Shown: positions 13,024 to 23,439 of the stretch, piece by piece | Numbering within the stretch: position 1 is the first letter of the stretch | Layout: every line of letters begins with the position of its first letter | Assembly: GCA_035221665.1 (NCBI GenBank) | Contig: CM069145.1 | Coordinates: 56,916,001 to 56,980,000 of the forward strand | Length of the DNA stretch: 64,000 nt | Reading direction: 5' to 3' | Source: Okamejei kenojei | Lineage: Eukaryota | The notes under the pieces: generated by a model | Databases searched by the model: none | Seen by the model: only the letters and a program-made list of their open reading frames with translations | Told to the model about the DNA's origin: nothing | Made by a program: the position numbers and the translations under genes

Positions 13024-13104
13024 TATTATTGTGCTGGGCTTTACCACTGTGTACAGTACATGGGACCACAGTGACGAATCTTCAATTCTCGTCATACATA
13101 AAGC
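13024..13104 (+). other. IgNAR: IgNAR D1 segment (coding 13052-13066, TACAGTACATGGGAC) with 5' 12-RSS and 3' 22/23-RSS
   Basis: TATTATTGT-12-CACTGTG | D | CACAGTG-22-ACATAAAGC. Confidence 0.93.
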
Positions 13105-13426
13105 GCCAGAGAAGTTCTTAATGGAAAATTAATACGAAACATTTGTTCAGCAATTGAAACCGCAATTGCCAAATACCCACTGCTTTTGCCAAGCACTGCT
13201 CGACATATCAGAGTTTTATCTCCGTACACTTCGTGATTGTTATATAAATGCTACCGTCGTATTCAAAACAGAACGTTGATATTTACCAAAATATCTTGAG
13301 TGGCTAAGAGTTATAATCATCTACTGGATACTAAGTTGTCAAAACAACGAATAACCGTTTCCACTGCAACATTCGATACAAAATGTGGAATATCTGGAGG
13401 AGTTTAAGCACAATTTTCAACAGTGG

Positions 13427-13494
13427 AGTTATTGTGCTCATGTGAAATGATGTGTGGGGTATGATACACAGAAGCTCAAGCCATTACAAAAACA
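13427..13494 (+). other. IgNAR: IgNAR D2 segment (coding 13455-13466, TGGGGTATGATA) with 12/12 RSS
   Basis: AGTTATTGT-12-TGATGTG | D | CACAGAA-12-ACAAAAACA. Confidence 0.88.
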
Positions 13495-13808
13495 TCTTCA
13501 GCAGTGTATTGGTGCCCCATCCGTGAATGGGGTCTTTATGCTCAGAGATATTGTTGGATATGGTGTCTAATTAAGTTTTCTTCTTTGCTTCCAATGTACC
13601 CACATTCCCACTGTTCAATCAGCGGAATTCCGTTTTCCGGACCACACGACATGGTATTGCAACAAATAACGATCAGGGAAAAAGTTAAGATCATAAGGAT
13701 GAAAACTGAAGGAAACAACGAATGATTTTACCGACCGCAACCCATCAATTAACTTTTTGTAGTTATATCATTTTGGAGAACCTATTGCAACACCTTATTT
13801 TTAATAAC

Positions 13809-13847
13809 AATTTTTGTCCTGGGCTTACGAGGAAGTGAATCGTTGTG
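13809..13847 (+). promoter_or_regulatory. J 5' RSS (23 spacer)
   Basis: AATTTTTGT - 23 nt - CGTTGTG. Confidence 0.9.
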
Positions 13848-13894
13848 TTATTACGACCTCTACGGAGATGGCACAAAGCTGACTGTGAAACCTG
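13848..13894 (+). CDS. IgNAR: IgNAR J segment (YYDLYGDGTKLTVKP)
   Basis: YGxGTxLTV motif; GTAAGT donor at 13895, phase 1. Confidence 0.96.
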
Positions 13895-14871
13895 GTAAGT
13901 TACCTTTTTATGTGATATTTTAATACTTTCCCTTTGGTATTCCGTTGGTTTATTTTTTTGCTCAAGTGATAAGAATAATTTAGATTTTCGATGAATTGGT
14001 GTGAATTGTGAATTGTAGTGTATTTTTTGGAATATTAGTTTGATTCTCTGTCAGTTTAGTTGCCTTAAATATAAACATTATATTGCATTCCTCAGCCGGA
14101 CCAAAATTCCTCAGCCGGACCAACATGCAACAAAAATGTAATTTTGCAAAGCGAAATCCACAAATTTTCCTCGTACAGCGCTTCTCGTCCCATCCCCCGA
14201 TAACGTACCCTATAACAGCTGTTGCGGTATTATTATCAAAATAGGTATTTATATGTTGACATATTGGAGTTTGAATTAACTAACATGCGCGACCAATATA
14301 GGCTTATATACAGAAAACATGGTCTCTCAAAGGAGGATTCTGTGTTGTTATAGTGCAGGTGACATAAAACGCATTGAGCGCCAGTGAAGAATGAAGTCAA
14401 TAGAAATGTAAACAGCATTTCGTCAACTTATAGTCAGGGGGATTGCCAAGCAGACTTTCGTTGGGAAAAATGTGTTTACTTTCTGCAATGGGGGAAACAA
14501 TCTGCTCTTCAGAAAATTAAAACATTACTTATAATTTCAGCCAGTGCGTTTTAGCTGAGAATAAAGAAGCTGATAATATACTTTTAAGTTTTCAGTCGCT
14601 AATGCTAGTGATCATGCCGGTTATATTTCAACGTTGATGATCGGATTGTTCGAGGTTTTTCGTGCTGTGTGACATATAGTTCTACATACAAACCAAGAAG
14701 GTGCACTGAATCTAAAAACATGCTCAATGCAGCATTCACAAAACAGGACATACAAATATCCTGGATTTTACCTCGCCCTCCAAATGTTTACCGGTCAATT
14801 CGCAACGTATTACAATCGACCATAAGATAAGCTGCATTGCACAGTTTAGTGGATGAAATGTCATTGCTTCT

Positions 14872-15060
14872 NNNNNNNNNNNNNNNNNNNNNNNNNNNNN
14901 NNNNNNNNNNNNNNNNNNNNNNNNNNNNNNNNNNNNNNNNNNNNNNNNNNNNNNNNNNNNNNNNNNNNNNNNNNNNNNNNNNNNNNNNNNNNNNNNNNNN
15001 NNNNNNNNNNNNNNNNNNNNNNNNNNNNNNNNNNNNNNNNNNNNNNNNNNNNNNNNNNNN
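14872..15060. other. Assembly gap
   Basis: Run of N. Confidence 1.
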
Positions 15061-16671
15061 ATATTTTCCTTTTTACGATGTGCTTCTTGTATGTGATGCC
15101 TGGTCTCTCTCTCTCCGCTTTTCGCTGCCCACTCACCCAGCTCCTCTCCACCTCCCCCTCCTCTTCTCACCCCCTCCCCTCTCCTCCCTCGTTCTCTCCC
15201 CTCTCCTCTCCACCCCTCCTCCCCCCCTCTCTCCCCCACCTCCCTCCCTCCACTCCCCATACCCCATCCCCTCCCCTCTCCCCCCCAACTTTACCCCCTT
15301 TCTCCCCCTCCTCTACCTCCCTCTCCCTCTCCTTCCGCCCTCTGACCCCCTCCACTCCCCCTACCATCTCCACCTCTCCCCCTTCCTCTTCTTCACTCTT
15401 CACCCCACGTCTACCACCCCACCTCTACCTCTCTCTCCCACTGCTCTCTCTCCCTCTCCCTCTGCCCCCCTCTCTACCCCCTCCACTCCCCCTACCCCTC
15501 CACCTCTCCCCCTTCCTCTTCGTCGCCCCATCCTCCTCTCCCCCCTCTCCCCCTCCTCCCCTCTCCTCCCCCAGCTCCCCCTCTCTCTCCCCCTTCCTCC
15601 CCCTCTCTCATTCTTCTCTCTCCCCTCCCACCTCTGCCCCCCTCCAGCACCACACTGCCCACCCACTCCAACTCCGTCCCCCTCCCTTTGCCCCCCTCCC
15701 CTCCTCTCTCTCCCCCTCCAGCCCCCCACTTCCCTCCCCCTCCAATCCCCCTGACCTCTCCACTCCCCCTCCACACCCCCTTCCCCTTATGCCCATTCCC
15801 TCCAACTCCCCCACTCACCCTCTCCCCCCTCCCCCTTATGCCCATTCCCTCCAACTCCCACCCCCTCCCCCCTCTCTTCCCCCTCCCTCCCTCCCCTCTC
15901 CCCCCTCCCCACTCTCCCCCTCTCGCTCTCCCTCCCCCCTCCTCTCTCTCACCCTCCCGCCTCTGCCCCCCTCCAGCCCCCATCTCCTCCCAATACCCCC
16001 CACTCCCTCCACTCCCCCTCTCTCCCCCTCCTCTCTCCCCCTCCCCCCTCTGCCCCCCATCTAGCCCCACTCCCCTCCCCGCCACCTCCCTCCCCCTCCC
16101 TTTGCCCCCCCCCACTCCCCTCTCTCCCTCCTCCTCTCTCATCCCCCACCCCAATGCCCTCCCTCCACCTTACCACTTTCCCCTCCCCTCTCCACCTCCA
16201 CAACCCTCCCCTTCTCTTCCCCCTACACTCCCCGACCCCCCCTCTCCCCCCTCTCCCCCCTCCCCACTCTCCCCACCCCTCTCTCTCTCCGCCCTCTGCC
16301 CCCTCCCCCCTGCCCCTACATCTCCCCCTCTCCACACCCCCCTCCACCTCCCTTCCCCCCTCTCCTCCCACTTCCCCACTCACTACTCTCACCCCTTCCC
16401 CTTTCCCCCATCTTCCCCCCTGCTCTCTCTCCCGCACTCCCCTCACCCACTCCCTTCACCCACTCCCCTCACCCACTCCCCTAGCCACTCCCATCCCCCA
16501 CTTCCCTCCGCAACTCCCCTCCCACACTCCCCTCACCCCCCTCCTCTCCCCCCCTCCCCTCATGTGTGTGCAGGGGATGGTTAGTGCGTGTGCGACGCCA
16601 CAGCCACCCCCCCCCCCCCCCCGCAACCGCGCGTTGAGGGACCGGGACCCAACGGGTCCCCCTTGGTCTAG
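15061..16671 (+). mobile_element. Helitron-like non-autonomous element (3' end clear; 5' end uncertain, probably in gap)
   Basis: Hairpin GGGACCC-AAC-GGGTCCC (16644-16660), 7 nt, then CTAG (16668-71) followed by T. Confidence 0.6.
15100..16560. repeat. C-rich polypyrimidine low-complexity tract (~1.45 kb)
   Basis: Almost exclusively C/T on + strand; source of spurious Pro- and Gly-rich ORFs. Confidence 0.95.
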
Positions 16672-16748
16672 TATATATATATAACTCGTGATATCGAAGG
16701 AGAATGTTAAACTGTATTTTGCAATACAAAGATTCCTGAGCAACGGGG

Positions 16749-16942
16749 TTTAATACAGAGATGGAATATGTTTGGCTTCTAGTTTTATTATTATCGTGTA
16801 GCAAGGTACTGTGAAATACTTTTGTTTGAATGCTATCCAATCCGATTTAATACAGAGATGGAATATGTTTAGCTTTTAGTTTTATTATTATCGTGTAGCA
16901 AGGTACTGTGAAATACTTTTGTTTGAATGCTATCCAATCCGA
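16749..16942. repeat. 97-bp tandem duplication
   Basis: 16749-16845 and 16846-16942 differ at about two positions. Confidence 0.9.
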
Positions 16943-17231
16943 TCATATAACGCCAGACATAAATACAATCAAGGCAACTCAAGTACAATGCGTAGAGCGA
17001 AGGGAATGGCACAAACTGCAGAATGTAGTTCGCAGCATGGTAGCGTAACAATTCCAGAGAAATAATCATGAGAAAAAATATGTAACAATAACACCAATAT
17101 CACTTTGTACATTAGCTGAAATTTTTTTTTTAAAAGAGCATTCCTCCTCAAAACACAGAAAAAATATGTCATTTTCTGACGTTATTATGACACCCTCGAA
17201 TGCGGAGTAAAACAACGCAATTATTGCATTT

Positions 17232-17526
17232 AGTTTCTAGTTTAGAGATACAGCGCGGAAACAGGCCCTTCGGTCCAACTCACCGACCAGCGATCCCCGC
17301 ACATCCTACACACATTAGGGACAATTTGCACTTAAACCAAGCAAATTATTCTTCAAACCTGTACGTCTCTTGAGTGTAGGAGGAAACCGAAGATCTCGGA
17401 GAAAGCCCACGTGGTCACTGGAAGAACGTACAAACTCCGTACAAAGAGCACCCAAAGTCGGGATCGAACCCGGGTCTCTGGCGCTGCAAGCCCTGTACGG
17501 CTGCAGCTCTACCGCTGTGCCACCGT
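17232..17526 (-). mobile_element. V-SINE (HE1-like)
   Basis: Reverse complement of family at 4923. Confidence 0.85.
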
Positions 17527-20300
17527 ACGCCTCCATCCATGTAAATCATTTGATCTAAACACAAAGTGCTGGAAGAACTCATCGAGTCAGGAAACATCCG
17601 TGGAGTGAATGAACAGACAGTGTTTCGGGTAGGGCCGCTTTTTCTGAGTCCAAAGAAGACTCCGGGGAAGGGTCTCCATCCGAAATGTCGTCCGTCCATT
17701 CCTTTCACAGATGCTGCGAGTTCCTCCAGTACTTTGCGTTTCGCCGAAGATTCCACTTGAGGGTTCTGGTGTCCCCAAATAAATTGACCACATACATACT
17801 TGTATGCGCCCTTCTTTATGTCTAAACGCTTATAAAATGATTTTTCCTGCATTGTTACTCTCGAAATTCAACATTTTTCCTTTAAATCTCTTTTTTGGAA
17901 ACGTGAATGAATTAGTTTCAATAGACAATAGACAACAGACAATAGGTGCAGGAGTAGGCCATTCGGCCCTTCGAGCCAGCACCGCCATTCAATGTGATCA
18001 TGGCTGATCATCCACAATCAGTACTCCGTTCTTGCGTTCTCCCCATATCCCCTGACTATCCCCGGCTATCTCCGCTTTCAACATTAAAATCAAAAGCAAA
18101 TATCTAAATTGAAATTAGAAGCACGTGATCTTAAGTGCAATTAATCGATAGAACATGGCCCATGATTGCAGTGGGGATGTAAAATCTAACAATGTTTCCT
18201 CTCCAAAAATACATTAAAGCAGTTTCCTTCCCTGATACCACCGCCGTCAGCGCCCCATCCCAACCTTGAACGTGTTAGGCGGCATCTCTTGGACATGGAT
18301 GGACGACGTTTAGGGTTGGGACCCTTCCTCCGACACATTTAATTGCTCAGTCTGAAGAAGGGTCCCGGCCAGAAACATTACCTATCGATATCTTCCGGAA
18401 ATGCTGTTTTCTTCTCTGAGTTAATCCACCACTCTGTAATCTTTAAAAAATAAGTACCAATATGTAATTCCTCCCTTATATCCACCCTGCCATTTACCTG
18501 TATGTCTAATCGAATTATAATTCTAAACTCTACTCGACTCTCTGATTTACGTGCAGTAATCGTTTAGCACTTTACTCAGCAAGGGTTTATCTGCGTCTGC
18601 TTTATCATTATGCAAAGCGTCTGCTTCTACTCTTTGAGGAAGAGGGATACAAAGATGTGAAAACCTAAGGGAGAGGAGGAACAAAATCCCTCCCTACTCT
18701 CGGTCTTAAATGGGCGACCCGTTATTTATCAGCAGTTCTCTCAAGTTACAGATTTCTCCCTCTAGCAGAGTGCACTCTCCACGTCTACCGCATCACCACC
18801 TCTCAAGTTCTTGAAAGTTATCAGGTCGGTTCTCACCCTTCTAAACGACATCGGGTACAAGTCGTGACTGCCCAAACTGTTCTCACCACGATGTAACCGG
18901 GGCACCTCAGGTTGCCTGGGGGCCTGAGGTATAGGGAAATATTGGGCAGGCTTGGACTTTATTCCTTAAAGCAAAGAAGGCTAAACGGTGATCTTACACA
19001 GGTGTGATCAATCATAAGGAAAATAGATAGGGTGAATGCACAGAGTCTTTTACGTGGGGTACGTGAATCAAGAACAAGGACATAGCTTTAATTTGACAGC
19101 GACAAGATTTAACAGGAACCTGAAGGGCATTCGTTTCAAATAACATGGTGAATCAATGGACCGAGCTTCCAGAGAAGGTAGTTCAGGCAGGTAATCTCAC
19201 AGCATTCAAATGCCACTTTGACAGGGACACAAATTGGGAAGGGTTAGAGGAATATGGGCCAAGCAAGGGCAAATGGGACTTGCTTGATAGGACCATCTTG
19301 GTCGGCATGAACGAGTTAGGCCGAAGAACTGTTTCTGTGCGATATGACTATGCTTCTTTCACAAGGCAGCCCGTCCATTCCAGCTATGAGACTAATCAAA
19401 GGTTATCGGTACTGCTCCAAATTAATTAATCTCTGCGAGATGTAACTCGTGAGGCTGAGTTTTACTGTTCTTGTTTAAGGTGCTCCGTTTTGAAGTGACA
19501 TATTCCCCATCTGTGATTTAGTAACAAGAACAGTAGTCACAAACGGTCCTCGTTGTATTTGCTTATGTATTTGTACATAACTGAACTATGACCTGCCCAT
19601 TTCTGTTCATTTACAATAAACGGTAACATTATGATAGCTTTATCTGGCATTTTACAGCCCGGATTCGAACCTCACCTCGGACGCTGTCTGTGTAAAGATT
19701 GCACGTTCTCCCTGTGACCAAGTAGGTTTTCTCCGGGTCCTCCAGTTCCTTCCCATATCTCGCAGGTTAATTGGTAACTGTAATTACGCCCTTGTGCTTA
19801 CATGAATGGTAAAATCTGAGGGGAGTTGATGGAAACGCAGGGAGAATAAACGAAATGGATTAGAGTAAATGATTGCTAACACAATTTCTAAGCTGTATCT
19901 CTCCACATATATCCTCGCTGTCTTCGCCAAGCTGAAGCCTCAGCATCTATCCTTACTGCTGATCAGCCTTGCCACCAAATCACCAGAAACAATTTAATCA
20001 TCTATGCCTAATTTCTACTTCGCGTTAGCAAGCCAATCTTTCATCTACATTAATATAGAAACACAGAAACATAGAAAATAGGTGCAAGAGTAGGCCATTC
20101 GGCCCTTCGAGCCAGCACCACCATTCAATCTAATCATGGCTGATGATCCAGAATGAGTACCCTGTTCTTGCTTTCACCCCATATCTCTTGATTCCGTTAA
20201 CCTTCGGAGCTATATCTAACTCTCCCTTGACGACATGCAGTAAATTAGCCTCCACTGCCTTCAGTGGCACAGAATTCCACAGATTCACAACTCTCTGGCT

Positions 20301-20435
20301 TCTTCTTCTTGCGTATGGCGTGCACAGGGTAAAGTTGTAGGTGAACATGTCCTATTTCATCGTGTTTGTGCACGTTGAGTTGATTGCATTAGTCGAAACA
20401 GGGCGGACCACGTGAAGGTTGCAATCTCCCTCCCC
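20301..20435 (-). mobile_element. 135-bp retroposon with 5' HDV-like ribozyme and (AAG)n tail (copy 2)
   Basis: Inserted in a CR1; target-site duplication CAACTCTCTGGCT (20288-300)/CAGCTCTCTGGCT (20436-48); tail CATACGCAAGAAGAAG. Confidence 0.85.
20382..20435 (-). ncRNA. HDV-like ribozyme (one P1 mismatch)
   Basis: GGGGAGG GA GATTGCA ACC TTCACGT GGT CCGCCCT GTTTCGA C TAA TGCAATC. Confidence 0.72.
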
Positions 20436-22815
20436 CAGCTCTCTGGCTGAAAACGTATTTACTCAACTCAGTCCTAAATGGCATAACCCTTATTCTTAAA
20501 CTGTGACCGCTGGTTCTGGATTCCTCCAACATGGGGAACGTTTTTCCTGCAATATGTTGGAGCATGAGCTTTTATTTCCACAGTAATCTTTACTGCACCA
20601 TGGGTCAAATGCCTTCTGGAAGTTCAGGTAGTGAAAATGCATGTGTGACAGCTTCTTGAAAGACTGGATAGACTTGGCTTGTACTCGCTGGAATTTAGAA
20701 GATTGAGGGGTGATCTCATAGAGACTTACAAAATTCTTAAGGGGTTGGACAGGCTAGATGCAGGAAGATTGGTCCCGATGTTGGGGAAGTCCAGGACAAG
20801 GGTCACAGTTTAAGGATAAGGGGGAAGTCTTTTAGGACCGAGATGAGAAAATCGTTTTACACACAGAGAGTGGTGAATCTGTGGAATTCTCTGCCACAGA
20901 AAGTAGTTGAGGCCAGTTCGTTGGCCATATTTAAGAGGGAGCTGGATGTGGCCCTTGTGGCTGAAGGGATCAGGGGGTATGGAGAGAAGGCAGGTACAGG
21001 ATACTGAGTTGGATGATCAGCCATGATCATATTGAATGGCGGTGCAGGCTCGAAGGGCCGAATGGCCTGCTCCTGCACCTAATTTCTATGTTTCTATGTT
21101 TATGTTTTCTTGGTGCTGCTTTACACACAATTTGTTCACTTATATAATTAATAGCTAAGTAGCTAAAACAATGGCCATCGCGATTCAGGTATCTGAAAAT
21201 AACTACGCGAAAACGATTCCTCCATTCTAAAAACCCTATTGCATATTTCTCATATAGAATACATTTTCAGCACCTGTTTAAACATAGTCCACAGATTTTT
21301 CACTTCAGCAGCAATGTCTCGAAACCTGAACAAACTACATTCCAATACCGCGTGTCTTTGTAGATTAATTAGCCATAATGTGCAAAAAAATGATGAAAAA
21401 AAGGGATACCATAGGACTAGCGTGAACGGGTGGTCGATGGACTCAGACTCCGTGAGCCGAAATATCTCTTTCCACGCTGCATCTTTAAAAAAATTCAAGG
21501 AAAGTGCCTCACTGATTATTTGTTCACCACGCCTTCATATAACTCAAATAAATTGGTCAAAGTGATTCGTTTTCACCAAATCATGCTGATTACCTTGATT
21601 TTTTTCTGAGCCCGTCAATAACATCTTTGACAATAGCTCCTAACATTTTCACTGTAACAGACGCTTAACTAAGTAGCAAACGTCCCTTTTTATTGTCTAC
21701 GTCGCTTTTTGAAAATATGAGCCATTCTTGGTCATTTTCTATCTAATTGAACTTCCTCAGAATCAAGTGAGATTTGGAAAATTAAAACCAACACATATTT
21801 CCTACAGTTTTAATGTACGTTAATGTTAGGTGAACATAGGTGCTGATTTGGATATTAATCAGACATCACTACTTGCTTGTGAATGGCGGACGCAATTAAA
21901 AGACAATTAATTGGCGACTGTTGCCTAATGGAAGGCAGAGGAGAAAAGATGGCGGAAATACATCTTTCCTTGAAGGATATTATTGAACAGGATATGTTTT
22001 CTTAGCAAAAATCGTTTGTTCTAGTTAGAGGACTGGTATTTTTAAAATACGGTAATTTAGGTTGTTGAATTTAAATTGGTATGTTGAGTATCGAATCAAT
22101 GAGGCCACATCAATGGTCTTGGACGACAGCTGCTGGTCCAGCCAAATAACGCAAACTTCAACATACCCAGGTTCACTCGAATTAGTCCCTCACAATACTC
22201 GAAACTATCCATTCAGGCTGGAAATACCGCCTACACCCGAAGGAATCCACGCAGCCTCTTTTGTTATAAATAATACATTTGAATTCTTGTAAAATACTCG
22301 CATTTCTCATCTGTTTCCCGCCTCACACAGTCACAGCGGCCACAGTTAAGTGTACAGGCTGAATAATGTTGAAATCATCTTAGTATACTTGAAGGTATGG
22401 TGTTTGCACTTCACAAAGATTTCCCAAAGAGAAAATGGTGTTGGAAGAGTTCAGTGTTCGTCCTTCTCAGAAGCAGGTTGTGGGAGGTACGATAATGCAG
22501 CTGGAAGAGCAGTTTCAGGGGCCCGGATTCGATGTTAACTCACGGTGCTGTCTACGTGGAGTTTGCATATGCTTTCTGTGATTGCCTGAGTCAGCTCAAA
22601 ATGTTCCCCATTGTGCACTGTGAATTGTCCATCCTGGCAGAATGCAGGGATTGTGGGAAAGGGGAGTTGATGTGAATGTAGGGAGAAGTAAAACAGTTTC
22701 GTGTGAAAATGGATGGTGTGGACGTGACAACCCCAAGGACTAGTTACGTGTCGTGTCTCTCTATATCTCTATGGCCAAGGTCATGGCCTTGATTAGCTAA
22801 GCACATTTATGACGG

Positions 22816-23130
22816 TGGCAGTCACCGTGGCGCAGCTGTAGGGTTGTTGCCTCACAGCGAATGCAGCGCCGGAGACCCGGGTGCGATCCCGATTACGGTT
22901 GATGTCTGTTTGGAGTTTGTACATTCTCCCTGTCACCTGCGTGGGTTTTCGCCGAGATCTTCAGTTTCCTCCCACATTCCAAAGGCGTACAGGTTTGTAG
23001 ATTAATTGGCTTTGTAAATGTAAAAATTGTCCCTGGTGGGTATAGGATAGTGTTAATGTGCGGTGTTCGCTCGTCGGCGCGGACCCGGTGGGCCGAAGAG
23101 CCTGTTTCCGTGCTGTATTTCTAAACTAAG
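22816..23130 (+). mobile_element. V-SINE (HE1-like)
   Basis: Same head, core and CTAAA tail as 4923; an older degenerate copy precedes it (~22490-22770). Confidence 0.85.
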
Positions 23131-23439
23131 CAGTCACACTGCAACATCGTCATGTTTCTTCCCAGATTCAGTACACCACAGCCACCGTCAAATTACAAGT
23201 GCAGTAAGACAAATTAAATAAACATGCAGAGATCGCGACATACATTTGGCCCATCCGAGGAATAACCGAGTTTTCGATTGTGCAGACAATAAAACTATTG
23301 TGTGTTTGGAATCTGGGAAAATGCCCGCTTCTTAGACGCATTTCGTTTTCAAGTGGGTGTACATAAATCAGTTTTTACTGTGAGTTAATCGTATTTTCTC
23401 GATAGTACTTTAGGTGAATTTTCACAGAAATTATAAGAC

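Larger units (their letters stand above)
20056..21100. mobile_element. CR1 LINE 3' fragments (minus ~20056-20550, plus ~20661-21100)
   Basis: Match to CR1 3' end at 63170-63616. Confidence 0.85.

Noticed and set aside
13105-13426. Additional D between D1 and D2
   Set aside because: Heptamer-like words (CTTCGTG, CACTGCA) lack a nonamer at 12 or 23 spacing.
15100-16560. True class-switch (S) region
   Set aside because: Wrong strand polarity, almost no AGCT motifs, and it ends in a Helitron-type terminus.
14736-16840. Long Pro-rich and Gly/Glu/Arg-rich ORFs
   Set aside because: Artefacts of the C-rich low-complexity tract and N gap; open in nearly all frames.
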